This document shows, in pieces, positions 26,788 through 37,202 of a stretch of DNA of 64,000 nucleotides. Made by a program: the position numbers and the translations under genes. This DNA comes from an uncultured Actinomycetota bacterium. GTDB taxonomy: Bacteria > Actinomycetota > Humimicrobiia > Humimicrobiales > Humimicrobiaceae. Where the stretch lies: the NCBI GenBank assembly GCA_964392345.1, contig CAYMPQ010000001.1:5114-69113 (forward strand), given 5' to 3'. The notes under the pieces are model-generated. The model was not told where the DNA came from. It did not search any database and saw only the letters and a program-made list of their open reading frames with translations. Every line of letters begins with the position of its first letter. Position 1 is the stretch's first letter.

Positions 26788-28179
26788 ATGGAAATAAAAA
26801 GAGTAGATTTGGCAATAATTGGGGCTGGGCCCGGAGGATATGTGGCAGCTATAAGGGCGGCTAAGCTGGGAATAAAATCAGTGGTTATTGAAAAAGAACA
26901 CATAGGCGGAGTTTGCCTTAATTGGGGATGCATGCCTACTAAAGCGCTTACTACCGTCGCACATTTAGTAGAGAACATTGAAGGAGCCAATCAGTTTGGT
27001 ATTGGCGTTTCAGATTATGGTATTGACTTTAAAAAGGTAATGCAGAGAAAGGACAAGCTGATAAGCTCGTTAAGAGGGGGCCTGCAGTCTCATTTTAGCA
27101 AAAATAAAATAGAGCTTATAAAAGGAAAAGGAAAATTAACCGACACGGATAAAATACTAGTTGAATGCGAGAATGGTGACAATATTGAGGTTATTTCCAA
27201 AAATATTATCGTAGCTACCGGTTCTTCTCCAAGCCAGATCCCACCATTTGATTTTAAAGAAGAAGGTGTGCTGAACAATAGGGGGATACTATCACTTAAA
27301 GAAATACCGAAGGAGCTTCTAATTGTAGGCGGAGGAGTAGTAGGGTGCGAATTTGCAAGTATTTTTAATACTTTTGGCAGCAGTGTAACAATAATTGAAG
27401 TTCTTCCCAGGATACTCTCTACTGAAGATGAGGATATATCAAAGTTGGTAAAAGAAAATTTTGAAAAAAACGGAATAAAAATACTGACAAACTGCAGCAT
27501 AGATGAAATTAAAAAAGTAGAAGGCAGGTATAACTGTAAGGCAAATAATGGTGAAAGTATAACTGTGGATAATATTTTGGTTTCAGTGGGAAGGAGGCCA
27601 AATTCAACAGATATCGGAATTGAAGAAGCAGGAATTAAAACAGAAAGAGGATATATAAAAGTCGACTCTCACCTAAAAACAAGCATTGATAATATATATG
27701 CTATTGGAGATGTGATAGGCGGATATCAATTAGCTCATGTTGCATCGAAAGAAGGAAAGATAGCAGTAGAAAATATATCAGGGAAAGAGAGTAAAATGAA
27801 CTATAGAGTTGTTCCATGGGCCATCTTTACCTCTCCTGAAATTGGAGCAGTCGGGCTTACTGAAAATCAGGCTAAAGAGAAAAATATTCAGGTTAACTGT
27901 GGCCGGTTCCCGTTTTCTGCAAGCGGAAAAGCTTTTGTTATGGGGGAGGCAAGCGGCTTTGCAAAAATTGTAACCGACAAGGAAACAGGAGAGGTGCTCG
28001 GAGCTCAGATAATTGGTCCTCGTGCTTCTGATCTTATACACGAGGTTGCTGTAGCTATGAATGGAGAGCTGTCTGTAGATTATATTGCCGATACCATACA
28101 TTCCCATCCAACATTATCAGAGGCTGTTATGGAAGCAGCAGAAGACTGCTTTGGGATAGCAACTCATGCCAGCAAATAG
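26788..28179 (+). CDS. lpdA: Dihydrolipoyl dehydrogenase (E3). Probable start MEIKRVD; the track ORF starts 21 nt earlier.
   Basis: FAD motif IIGAGPGGY, redox-active disulfide GGVCLNWGCMPTK, NAD motif IVGGGVVGCE, C-terminal HAHPTLSE; RBS ggaaggga. Confidence 0.9.
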   Translation: MEIKRVDLAIIGAGPGGYVAAIRAAKLGIKSVVIEKEHIGGVCLNWGCMPTKALTTVAHLVENIEGANQFGIGVSDYGIDFKKVMQRKDKLISSLRGGLQSHFSKNKIELIKGKGKLTDTDKILVECENGDNIEVISKNIIVATGSSPSQIPPFDFKEEGVLNNRGILSLKEIPKELLIVGGGVVGCEFASIFNTFGSSVTIIEVLPRILSTEDEDISKLVKENFEKNGIKILTNCSIDEIKKVEGRYNCKANNGESITVDNILVSVGRRPNSTDIGIEEAGIKTERGYIKVDSHLKTSIDNIYAIGDVIGGYQLAHVASKEGKIAVENISGKESKMNYRVVPWAIFTSPEIGAVGLTENQAKEKNIQVNCGRFPFSASGKAFVMGEASGFAKIVTDKETGEVLGAQIIGPRASDLIHEVAVAMNGELSVDYIADTIHSHPTLSEAVMEAAEDCFGIATHASK

Positions 28180-28194
28180 TTAAAAAGGATTCTT

Positions 28195-28980
28195 ATGATA
28201 AAACTAATAGTCACGGATGTTGACGGCACGCTTCTTGATGGCGATTCAAATCTTCCCGAATTAAACAAAAAAGCTATTCTTGCATGCCTTGATGAGGGGA
28301 TAGGGGTGATTTTGGCAACTGGCAAATCAATTGATTCAGTATTTCCAATCATTAAATTTTTAAATTTAAAGCTTCCCCAGATAACTATGAACGGAGCAGT
28401 TGTAGTTAATAAAGATTTAAAGATAATAAATTCTGTAAAAATAAGACCAGATGACTACTTTGATGTGATAAGATCAATAAAAGAAAAAGGGTACTCGCCA
28501 CTTGCAGCGCTGGCAGGAGGAGGTATTTTTTATGAAAAATATCATCCTGACATGAAATATATTGAGAGAATCGGGGAGAGATTAATTAAAATTGATAGTA
28601 TTGAAACTGCTTATTTTTCAAAAAATTCAGTTGACATAAATGTTCCCATAAAGGAGGACGATCCTCTTGATTGCTACCTCAGGAAAAAGTTTTCAAGTAA
28701 ACTGGAAATTGTAAGGGCAGGTAAATATTTTTTTGATATTTTAAATTTGAATGCTACCAAAGGCAATGCGCTGTGCAGTATTGCCGAAATTTTAAATATT
28801 AAAAGAGAGGAGATAGCTGCATTTGGTGACAGCTATAACGACCTGAGCATGTTCAAAGAAGCTGGGCTTAAGATTGCAGTGAAGAATTCTAACAGCAAAG
28901 TACTTGAAGCGGCAAATATAATAACAGACGAGAATTATAAATCTGGTTTTGGCAAGGCGATATACGAGCACATATTGTAA
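28195..28980 (+). CDS. HAD-superfamily hydrolase, Cof-type (IIB) sugar phosphatase-like
   Basis: Motif I IVTDVDGTLLD, Cof-type cap, C-terminal FGDSYNDLSMF motif; 261 aa. Confidence 0.8.
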   Translation: MIKLIVTDVDGTLLDGDSNLPELNKKAILACLDEGIGVILATGKSIDSVFPIIKFLNLKLPQITMNGAVVVNKDLKIINSVKIRPDDYFDVIRSIKEKGYSPLAALAGGGIFYEKYHPDMKYIERIGERLIKIDSIETAYFSKNSVDINVPIKEDDPLDCYLRKKFSSKLEIVRAGKYFFDILNLNATKGNALCSIAEILNIKREEIAAFGDSYNDLSMFKEAGLKIAVKNSNSKVLEAANIITDENYKSGFGKAIYEHIL

Positions 28981-29098
28981 TAGATACATTAATATAATTT
29001 ATCAAAACTTTGAGGTATTGTAGTTTAAAATTAATTTGTGCTAAAATAGAGCTCTCTGAGTTTATAATATTTTATTATAGATTTTTTATAAAAGTCAT

Positions 29099-29467
29099 AT
29101 GGCTGCAAATAATTCAATAGCTCTAACCAGAAAAGTAGTTATTACTTCTGAAAAAACTATAGCTAAAGAAGATTTCATCAAAAAGATATTAGAAATCACT
29201 GATGGCATACTTCTTTATCTTAAAAACAATGGCTGCAAGAAGTTAGGTCATTTAAAATTAATATCTACTACTAATGGTGAAGACTATCTCCAGATCAGCG
29301 TAGTTGACACAGCCAAAAAACCGGCAATAAAGGGCATGCTAAAAAAAACTTTTGCAAAGATCAAACTTACTTTAAATATTATAGAATTTGGTGTTAGCAA
29401 AGAGGATATTGTTAATAAAATTGATGAAGAACTGAAAAATATACAGGATTATTTTAATAGCGTGTAA
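29099..29467 (+). CDS. Hypothetical protein (122 aa), no recognisable domain
   Basis: ORF only; moderately K/E-rich; no motif recognised. Confidence 0.35.
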   Translation: MAANNSIALTRKVVITSEKTIAKEDFIKKILEITDGILLYLKNNGCKKLGHLKLISTTNGEDYLQISVVDTAKKPAIKGMLKKTFAKIKLTLNIIEFGVSKEDIVNKIDEELKNIQDYFNSV

Positions 29468-29480
29468 ATTAGGAAATCTA

Positions 29481-30068
29481 TTAGTTGCTATAGTAAATCC
29501 TAAAATCAGAAGGTAAATATTTTAAATGTATAAATTTTGAAATACTGCTGTAATCTATGGCCAGCATATCTTCCGGGTCAATATATTTTCCATCATATAT
29601 TATTCCAAAGTGCAAATGATATGAAGAGCTGGATGGGTCATCCATGGCACCAATAGATGCAATAGCTTCTCCTTGCTGAACAGAAGTTCCTACTGGAACA
29701 TATATTTGCAGTAAATTTAGGTAAGTAGTTCTTATATTTTTATTATGCTTTATCACCAAAGTCTTTCCTCCTGTTGGAGAAAAACCAATGTAGCTGACCA
29801 CGCCATTTGCTGCTGCGATAACTTTTTGCCCGTATCTTCCCTCTATATCAATTCCTGTGTGTCTTCTGCTGGTTTCTTTTTTGTAATCCCAGTAAACTTG
29901 TCTGAATTTAACTACAATACTGCCATTAAGCGGCATAATAAAAGGAGACTTACAGTAGGAATATAGCGGTACTGGCTGGCAGATTAATATTAAAAATGAA
30001 AAGAGAAAGAAAAGAAATATCCCGGTTACACATTTTTTATGTATGCAAATTAAATTAACAAAAAACAT
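29481..30068 (-). CDS. M23-family metallopeptidase (LytM/lysostaphin-like), N-terminal membrane anchor
   Basis: HTGIDIEGRYGQKV...ANG and HLHFGIIYDGKYIDP are M23 HxxxD / HxH zinc motifs; N-terminal hydrophobic segment. Confidence 0.8.
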   Translation of the reverse strand: MFFVNLICIHKKCVTGIFLFFLFSFLILICQPVPLYSYCKSPFIMPLNGSIVVKFRQVYWDYKKETSRRHTGIDIEGRYGQKVIAAANGVVSYIGFSPTGGKTLVIKHNKNIRTTYLNLLQIYVPVGTSVQQGEAIASIGAMDDPSSSSYHLHFGIIYDGKYIDPEDMLAIDYSSISKFIHLKYLPSDFRIYYSN

Positions 30069-30266
30069 TTCTTAAAAATATTTATTATAAAATTTACAAT
30101 TTCAATTGTTTTAAGACGGGTTAATTATATAACAATAAAGTATTTGTGTAAATAGCAATTTAGGTAAATACATAAATATTGACTAAGCTGTTTTACTAAT
30201 TATGGATTAACTTTTATAATCATCTAATAAATAAGCATGGGAACTTACTGATGAAATAATACAGTT

Positions 30267-31058
30267 TTGCAGGAGGTAGCCTTGGGAGATAAAATTTTAA
30301 CGATGCCAATTATTTTCGGAGCTCTAAAATTTGAGATATCAGGGCTCATTAAGATGATGAAGGTGGAGCGCATTGACAGGAAGGGCAATATTACTATGTA
30401 CAGGGGCAGCATAAGTGGCAGGGAAGTACTCTTAGTTAAAACTGGAATGGGCAAGCACAATGCACAAAAAGCAGCAAGGCTAATTGTGAAAAATTATTCA
30501 GGCGACAGCAGTATAAGTAAAAGAATGTTGGCAATCGGATTCTGTGGCGCAACCAGCGGAAATCTACAAATTGGAGATGTAGTTTTGTATAAAACTATAA
30601 AAAATTTAGAAAATATTGATTTTTCTAAAGCTTGCAATAACATAAATTTTTATGGCAGCAAAGATATTAATTGTAGTGTATACATAAAAAATAGCTGCAA
30701 AATACTTAAGGTAAATGGAGGTACTGTTTCTAATGTAATTGCTGATTCTGAATTGAAAAAAAACATTGGTGCTAAATTTGATGTTCAGGCTGTTGATATG
30801 GAAACCTATTGGATAGGAAAGACAATGATTGAGAATAATTTGCCTTTTTATTGCATAAGAGCTGTTTCTGATAGTGTTGATGAAAATATCCCTGATTTTC
30901 TGTTAACCCTCTTTGGAAAAAGTATATTTGCCAATATTTTTAATTTACTGTTTTTAGCAATTAAGTCGCCCAAAAAAATATTCCAAATCACCAGGGCAGT
31001 AAGAAATATGAAGAAGGCAAAAGGCAGTTTAACTGCTGCAGTAATGGAAATGATCTAA
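30267..31058 (+). CDS. PNP_UDP_1-family nucleosidase (MTA/SAH nucleosidase or futalosine-hydrolase-like). True start may be TTG at ~30281 after an aggagg RBS.
   Basis: AVDMETYWIG...FYCIRAVSDSVDE parallels MtnN AVEMEATAIA...VVVRAISDVAD; 263 aa. Confidence 0.65.
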   Translation: MQEVALGDKILTMPIIFGALKFEISGLIKMMKVERIDRKGNITMYRGSISGREVLLVKTGMGKHNAQKAARLIVKNYSGDSSISKRMLAIGFCGATSGNLQIGDVVLYKTIKNLENIDFSKACNNINFYGSKDINCSVYIKNSCKILKVNGGTVSNVIADSELKKNIGAKFDVQAVDMETYWIGKTMIENNLPFYCIRAVSDSVDENIPDFLLTLFGKSIFANIFNLLFLAIKSPKKIFQITRAVRNMKKAKGSLTAAVMEMI

Positions 31059-31067
31059 AAATTACTT

Positions 31068-32162
31068 TTAACCAATTGGCTTTATATTAAAAGGAACGCC
31101 AGTATTGGCACAGTCCTTTTTGATATCATCTATTACTTTTGCAAGGATCGGGACACCATGCTTTTCATTATACTCCGCATTTTCAAATTCTTTTTCCCCG
31201 GCTATGTAGATTCGGTCATGGCCCTTAACTTTTGGAGAGTTTTTTAATATATCAACAGCATAGTCCAATTGTTTTTTAAAATCAGCAACGGGCCTGAACG
31301 CATCAATTTTAATTACTGCAAAAAAGTGGCTTACATCTGACTCTTTTGAATAATCATGAGGAAAACCAATGTCTGTAAGATTTGAGCCGCCCGATAATGT
31401 TCCGCAAAGAATATCCACCATAAGCGCTAGACCATATCCTTTGTACCCTCTCATAATATCTGTTCCTCCCAACGGCATAAGAGCACCGGGTCCGCCGCTT
31501 CTAACCTTTTTTGGGTCATCAGTCATGTTCCCATCATCGTCAATGCCCCAGCCAAGTGGAATTTTTTCGTTCTTTTTCTCATAAACTTTAATCCGTCCTA
31601 TGGGAACTGTACTTGTTGCCATATCAAGAAGATATGGATATTTTTTATGTGATGGGGCAGCAAAACTAATTGGATTTGTGCCAAGCACAGGAGTTTTTCC
31701 ATAAGTTGGAGCAACCAGAGGCTGGGAATTTGTGAGGCTTATGCCAATCATATCATGCTTTAGCGCCATCATGGAATAATATCCGGCAATGCCATAATGA
31801 TTGCTGTGCCGCACAGTTGCTATGGCCACATTAGATTTTTTTGCTTTTTCAATGCATTTTTGCATTACTTTATAAGAAACAACCTGTCCAAGACCATTGC
31901 CGCCATCTACTAACATAGTTGTATCAGTTTCTGAAACTATTTTTATCGGAGTAAGTGGATTGATCATTTTTTCAGACAGCCTGTTTCCGTAATATGTATT
32001 TAGCCTGATTAAACCATGGGAGTCTGTCCCCCTGATGTCTGCTGTAATTAATACGTCTGCAACAATTTTTGCATCTCCTTCTGGAACACCAAACTTTTTC
32101 ATAAAACTAACTGCATAACCAGCAAGATCCTCTTTTTTAAAGCGTAATAACTTTTCCATTTC
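31068..32162 (-). CDS. Ldh_2-family (malate/L-lactate dehydrogenase family 2) NAD(P)-dependent oxidoreductase, e.g. sulfolactate/ureidoglycolate-dehydrogenase-like. Start MEKLLRF chosen for its ggaggagg RBS; the track ORF extends 33 nt further.
   Basis: IRGTDSHGLIRLNTY and HSNHYGIAGYY motifs typical of Ldh_2; 364 aa. Confidence 0.75.
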   Translation of the reverse strand, partial: EMEKLLRFKKEDLAGYAVSFMKKFGVPEGDAKIVADVLITADIRGTDSHGLIRLNTYYGNRLSEKMINPLTPIKIVSETDTTMLVDGGNGLGQVVSYKVMQKCIEKAKKSNVAIATVRHSNHYGIAGYYSMMALKHDMIGISLTNSQPLVAPTYGKTPVLGTNPISFAAPSHKKYPYLLDMATSTVPIGRIKVYEKKNEKIPLGWGIDDDGNMTDDPKKVRSGGPGALMPLGGTDIMRGYKGYGLALMVDILCGTLSGGSNLTDIGFPHDYSKESDVSHFFAVIKIDAFRPVADFKKQLDYAVDILKNSPKVKGHDRIYIAGEKEFENAEYNEKHGVPILAKVIDDIKKDCANTGVPFNIKPIG

Positions 32163-32464
32163 AAACCTCCTCCGTGCTAAAATTTGATTATACAAAAAAT
32201 TACTGCTTCCAGTAGCAGCAAAAATTTATTTATTTGTTATTTGCCATATTATAACATAGTAATAGCAAATTGTTTTACTAAAAAAACTTGTCGGCCAAAT
32301 AAAAATTTTTTTTGGAAAAACATGGAAAGTATAGTATAATCAGCCGTAATATCTAAACTTGTGTTTAGATATTTATTAAAATTAAACTTAGATATATCAT
32401 TAAGGAATTAATATAAAGTAAAGCATAAGACAATTTTTGTAAAAAATAGTGAAAGGAAGTGAAG

Positions 32465-32737
32465 ATGAACAAGACAGAGCTGGTAGAAAAGGTTAGCAGT
32501 AAGGCAGGACTTACAAAGAAAGATGCTGCTTGTGCTATCGACACATTAGTAGATGTTATCACTACTACAATTAAGAAGGGCGACAAGGTTGCATTAGTAG
32601 GTTTTGGTACTTTCCAGGCAGTGCAAAGAAAAGCAAGAACAGGATTAAACCCTCAGACAGGAAAAACTATCCAGATTCCAGCAAGAAAAGTTCCCAAGTT
32701 TAAACCGGGCAAGGTACTAAAGGAAGCAGTTAACTAA
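32465..32737 (+). CDS. hup: HU-family nucleoid-associated DNA-binding protein
   Basis: MNKTELVEKV...GFGTFQAVQRKARTGLNPQTGKTIQIPARKVPKFKPGK is near-canonical HU; RBS aaggaag. Confidence 0.9.
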   Translation: MNKTELVEKVSSKAGLTKKDAACAIDTLVDVITTTIKKGDKVALVGFGTFQAVQRKARTGLNPQTGKTIQIPARKVPKFKPGKVLKEAVN

Positions 32738-32765
32738 GAATAAATATTTATGATTGATTAATTAT

Positions 32766-32795
32766 AAGAGGGCCAATCAAATGATTGGTCCTCTT
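32766..32795 (+). terminator. Hairpin downstream of hup (aagagggccaatc / aaat / gattggtcctctt) followed by a T-containing tract
   Basis: 13-bp inverted repeat with one G.U position read directly. Confidence 0.45.
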
Positions 32796-32984
32796 ATCTT
32801 TACAAGCAGGCCTCCTTGCGCAGGCAGTATTGTAGCTATTATGCAAATTTTTAGTCGTATTCATGAAAAAATCAGCAAATATTAGACAAATATTTTTAAA
32901 TATGTTAGCATTCAATACTAATCATACATAGATTGTGATTGATGTTTTTTGAAAATTAAATATAACTATAAAGCCTGCGATCAG

Positions 32985-33297
32985 AAATAGTAAGCACTAA
33001 GCAGCATACAGAGAGCCGCTGATGGTGAGAATGCGGCTGCAAGGCTGGTGACCGAATGGCTCTGTGAGGCTTCTGGCTCAAATCATATACCCGAAAAGTA
33101 AGCAGGAGAGAGTAAGCCAGAACGGGTTCCTCCGTTACCAAGGGATAGGATATTATAGTGTATCCGAGATAGTATGAGTGCACAGCGAATACAAGCGTTA
33201 CTGAATTTGCTGTGAAATAGAGTGGCACCGCGGAGTTTAACCTCTCGTCTCTATATAAATTATTTTATGTAGGGATTATGAGAGGTTTTTTGTTTTA
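32985..33297 (+). promoter_or_regulatory. T-box riboswitch leader with apparent Trp (UGG) specifier, antiterminator T-box sequence and terminator plus U-tract
   Basis: aaatAGAGTGGCACCGCGGag matches the T-box consensus AGGGUGGNACCGCG (1 mismatch); GA-rich stem I; candidate specifier loop GAAUGGC; terminator cctctc...gagagg followed by ttttttgtttt; downstream gene is a Trp synthase beta homolog. Confidence 0.6.
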
Positions 33298-33472
33298 TAT
33301 GGGTTAATACGCGTGGGAGCGGGCAGCCAATATATAATTTTTTAATAAGGAGGTGGTACAAAAATAATTACATTTACATATAGTCAAAGAAATGCCAGAA
33401 ATGGCTAAGAACAGATGAAGAGAAATTAAAAATGCTTTTCTAAACAAGAAAGCTAAGAGAAAGGAAAATAAA

Positions 33473-34834
33473 ATGGACAAAAGAACAAAGTTTGTGCTGG
33501 ATGAGGAGGAGATGCCAAAGCAGTGGTACAATATCCAGGCAGATTTGCCAGAGCCTCTGCCGCCAGTGCTGCATCCGGCTACAGGGAAACCAATAACTCC
33601 GGATGATCTTGCTCCACTGTTTCCCATGGAACTTATTAAGCAGGAAGTGAGTACCGAACGATGGATTGAAATTCCTGAAGAGGTAAGAGATATTTACAGG
33701 CTATGGAGGCCTACTACTTTGTTCAGGGCGCATAGATTAGAAAAAGCGCTTGATACTCCGGCTAAGATTTTCTATAAGTATGAAGGATCAAGCCCTCCCG
33801 GGAGCCATAAGCCCAATACTGCTGTAGCTCAGGCTTATTACAATAAAAAAGAGGGCATCACTCGTATAACTACAGAAACCGGGGCTGGACAATGGGGAAG
33901 TGCCCTGGCATTTGGAGGTGCTTGTTTTGGTATAGAAATCAAAGTTTATATGGTATCAATTAGTTATCAGCAGAAACCTTACAGGCGTGTGATGATGGAA
34001 GTATGGGGTGCAAAATGTGTCCCAAGCCCAAGCAAGGATACAAAAGCAGGGCGAGCTATGCTGGCAGAAGACCCTAATTGCCCCGGCAGTCTGGGCCTTG
34101 CCATCAGCGAGGCTGTAGAAGATGCAGTTTCCCGTGATGATACTCATTATTCACTGGGTAGCGTGCTTAACCATGTTTTGCTGCATCAGACAGTAAATGG
34201 CCTGGAAACAAAGGAATTAATGGAAAAGGCAGATGTTTACCCGGATATTATTGTCGGCTGTGTTGGCGGAGGTTCAAACTTTGCAGGACTCTTTCTGCCT
34301 TTTGTTAAGGACAAAATTGATGGGGCAAAACCTAACTTGCGTATAATCAATGTAGAGCCTATGTCTGCACCAACTTTAACCAAAGGACCTTATGCCTATG
34401 ATTTTGGTGATAAAGCAGGGCTGACACCGCTGATTAAGATGTTTACCCTGGGGCATGATTTTATGCCACCACCAATTCACGCAGGAGGCCTTCGCTATCA
34501 TGGAATGGCGCCTATTATCTGCCATCTGGCTAATCTGGGCTTTGTTGAAGCAAGAGCCGAGCACCAGCTTGGAACTTTTGAAGCCGGGATAACTTTTGCC
34601 CGAAGTGAAGGTATTATAAGTGCGCCTGAAACAGATCATGCAATAAAGGCTGGTATTGATGAGGCTTTAAAGTGCAAGGAGACAGGAGAGGCAAAGATTA
34701 TTCTTATAGCTCATAGCGGGCATGGGCATGTTGACATGGCTGCCTATGATGCATATTTGGCAGGCAAACTAAAAGATTATGAGTATCCTGAGGAGAAAGT
34801 TAAGGAAGCATTAGAAAAGCTGCCGAAAGTTTAG
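33473..34834 (+). CDS. trpB2: Tryptophan synthase beta chain homolog, TrpB2 type (long, stand-alone PLP enzyme)
   Basis: 453 aa (TrpB2 length); PLP-binding GSHK lysine context; glycine loop GGGSNFAG; no trpA nearby. Confidence 0.8.
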   Translation: MDKRTKFVLDEEEMPKQWYNIQADLPEPLPPVLHPATGKPITPDDLAPLFPMELIKQEVSTERWIEIPEEVRDIYRLWRPTTLFRAHRLEKALDTPAKIFYKYEGSSPPGSHKPNTAVAQAYYNKKEGITRITTETGAGQWGSALAFGGACFGIEIKVYMVSISYQQKPYRRVMMEVWGAKCVPSPSKDTKAGRAMLAEDPNCPGSLGLAISEAVEDAVSRDDTHYSLGSVLNHVLLHQTVNGLETKELMEKADVYPDIIVGCVGGGSNFAGLFLPFVKDKIDGAKPNLRIINVEPMSAPTLTKGPYAYDFGDKAGLTPLIKMFTLGHDFMPPPIHAGGLRYHGMAPIICHLANLGFVEARAEHQLGTFEAGITFARSEGIISAPETDHAIKAGIDEALKCKETGEAKIILIAHSGHGHVDMAAYDAYLAGKLKDYEYPEEKVKEALEKLPKV

Positions 34835-34859
34835 CTGCTAAATAAGTTTGAATTATGTT

Positions 34860-34898
34860 GAGTGGCCTGCAAATAAGTTATTTATTTGCAGGCCACTC
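34860..34898 (+). terminator. Strong 17-bp perfect hairpin (gagtggcctgcaaataa / gtta / ttatttgcaggccactc) just after the trpB2 stop; no U-tract
   Basis: Perfect inverted repeat read directly; may be a terminator, RNA stability element or processing site. Confidence 0.4.
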
Positions 34899-35386
34899 GT
34901 GCTGGACAACATTAGGCAGAAATTAATCACCCTAAATAAATCTTCTAAAAAATACCACTATGTAAGCACACTGGAAGTTTTGCTTGATTTTTTTTAAATT
35001 AGCATATATCATAAACCATATAATTTTTTATTTTTTATAATTAATGTAATGGTGAGTTTTTCTTCTTGTTATCCATGTTCCAAATTCTTTAAAGAAATGG
35101 TGATATAGTTAATTGCTTTATATAAATTTGCTCAGAGTTAATAAACCCAAAAATATCTAAAAATCCTTATAATTTTTTTACTTGAAGGCCATATACAACT
35201 TACCCAAAAGTTTATTTTAATAAAAATTTTATAGCTATGTATTTTTAGATAGATATGTCGAGGGATATGAAATTATTTGTATGTATGGCTAACCTAAAAC
35301 ATGTGGAAAACAAAAGGATCGAGCAGCCGGAGAGTGTTGGGCTGGCCAGCGTTAATTAAGCTTTAGTATAAAGGGAGGAGAAATAG

Positions 35387-36841
35387 TTGGTTGAAGAAAT
35401 TAAAAATATAAACGAAGCGAATCTTAAAAAAAAGTTATTGCCGGAACTGCGTGAAATTGCCAGGCAGTTAAATATTTCTGGAGTGCCAAGATTTAAAAAG
35501 GAAGATTTAATAAAAAGGATATTAGAGGTGTTATCAATGAGAGGTGTAAAAGAGACAGCGGGTAGTGAGGTTATAGATAGAGAGGAAACGAAAGAAGAAA
35601 TAGAGGAAGTGAAAGAAGAAATAGAGGAAGAGGTAGAAGCGGAAGAGGCGAAGGGAGCAATAAAAGCTAGAAAAAAACCACCTGGCATGAGGGAGGAGCA
35701 CGAAGAGAAAAGGAAAGGGATACTGGATATACTGGCAGATGGCTATGGTTTTTTAAGGACAAATGGATATTTGCCGGGACCAAACGATATATATGTATCT
35801 CAATCTCAAATAAGGAGATTCCATCTGAGGCAGGGAGATGAAGTGTATGGCCAGGTTAGGTCTCCAAAGGATAATGAAAAATACAATGCTTTGCTTAGAA
35901 TTGAAAAGGTAAATGATTCTGATCCGGAATCTATAAGGAAAAGAAAGCCTTTTCCGACGCTGACTCCTATTTATCCTATAGAGAGGTTAAGGCTTGAGAC
36001 AAAGCAGGGATGTATTTCGACGCGAGTAATAGATTTAATTGCCCCAATAGGGAAAGGGCAAAGAGGTCTTATAGTGTCTCCGCCTAAAGCAGGCAAGACT
36101 ACCATACTAAAAGATTTAGCTAATAGCATCACTGCCAATAATCCTGAAGTATACATAATGGTGCTGCTTGTTGATGAAAGGCCTGAGGAAGTAACTGATA
36201 TTGAAAGATCGGTAAAAGGTGAAGTAATAAGTTCCACGTTTGATCAACCTTCAGATAATCATATCAAAGTTGCAGAATTGGTGCTGCAAAGAGCAAAGAG
36301 ACTTGTGGAACATGGAAGGGACGTTCTAATTCTTTTAGATAGCGTAACCCGCCTCGCCCGTGCATATAATTTATCTATTCCTGCCAGTGGCAGGGTTCTG
36401 TCAGGCGGAGTAGACTCAACTGCGCTGTTCCCGCCAAAGCGGTTCTTTGGAGCAGCTCGAAACATAGAAGATGGCGGTAGTCTTACGATCCTTGCTACAG
36501 CATTAGTTGAAACAGGAAGCAGGATGGACGATGTAATATTTGAAGAGTTTAAGGGTACCGGGAACATGGAACTTAAGTTGGACAGAAAATTAGCAGATAA
36601 GAGAATATTTCCTGCAGTAGATATAACAACGTCTGGAACAAGAAAAGAAGAGCTTTTGATGGATAAGGAAGAGGCAGAATCGGTATGGAAATTAAGGAGA
36701 ATTATATATGAGAAAGAACCGCAGGTAGCTTTAGAGCAATTAATTGATTATGTCAAAAAAACCAAAACCAATAGGGACTTCTTAAATGCAATAAAAGTTA
36801 GCTTGCAGAATGCAAATTCTTCTTTAAACTCCAAAATATAA
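35387..36841 (+). CDS. rho: Transcription termination factor Rho, with an acidic low-complexity insertion in the N-terminal domain; TTG start
   Basis: Rho N-terminal motif [27 protein letters not shown]; RNA-binding OB; Walker A; 484 aa; preceded by a ~500-nt leader. Confidence 0.9.
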   Translation: MVEEIKNINEANLKKKLLPELREIARQLNISGVPRFKKEDLIKRILEVLSMRGVKETAGSEVIDREETKEEIEEVKEEIEEEVEAEEAKGAIKARKKPPGMREEHEEKRKGILDILADGYGFLRTNGYLPGPNDIYVSQSQIRRFHLRQGDEVYGQVRSPKDNEKYNALLRIEKVNDSDPESIRKRKPFPTLTPIYPIERLRLETKQGCISTRVIDLIAPIGKGQRGLIVSPPKAGKTTILKDLANSITANNPEVYIMVLLVDERPEEVTDIERSVKGEVISSTFDQPSDNHIKVAELVLQRAKRLVEHGRDVLILLDSVTRLARAYNLSIPASGRVLSGGVDSTALFPPKRFFGAARNIEDGGSLTILATALVETGSRMDDVIFEEFKGTGNMELKLDRKLADKRIFPAVDITTSGTRKEELLMDKEEAESVWKLRRIIYEKEPQVALEQLIDYVKKTKTNRDFLNAIKVSLQNANSSLNSKI

Positions 36842-36980
36842 ACAAGCTTCCCAAGCTTCCCGGGGACTTTTTTAAATAGAGTTTTGAAATTTAATCTGCC
36901 TTGTTTACCGATTTATATATTTATGCTAACATATGGGCTTTAAAATAAAAAAGATAATAATTTAATGAGGGTAAAAAATT

Positions 36981-37187
36981 ATGAAGAAAGACATACATCC
37001 AAAATATTATGATTGCACTGTTACATGCTCTTGCGGTGCTACTTTTAAAACTGGATCTACAGAGAAAGAGCTAAGGGTAGAAATATGCTCAAACTGCCAC
37101 CCATTTTATACAGGGAAGCAGAAGTTTATAGACTCAGGCGGAAGAGTGGAAAGATTCCAGAAAAGGCTTAAAAAAACTAAAAAATAA
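36981..37187 (+). CDS. rpmE: 50S ribosomal protein L31
   Basis: [10 protein letters not shown]...CSCG...[13 protein letters not shown] is canonical L31 (Zn-binding form). Confidence 0.9.
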   Translation: MKKDIHPKYYDCTVTCSCGATFKTGSTEKELRVEICSNCHPFYTGKQKFIDSGGRVERFQKRLKKTKK

Positions 37188-37202
37188 GTAAGGGGCATGC
37201 AC

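Noticed and set aside
36842-36880. Possible intrinsic terminator after rho (tcccggggac followed by tttttt)
   Set aside because: The GC element is a short self-complementary core without a loop; stem too weak to call confidently.
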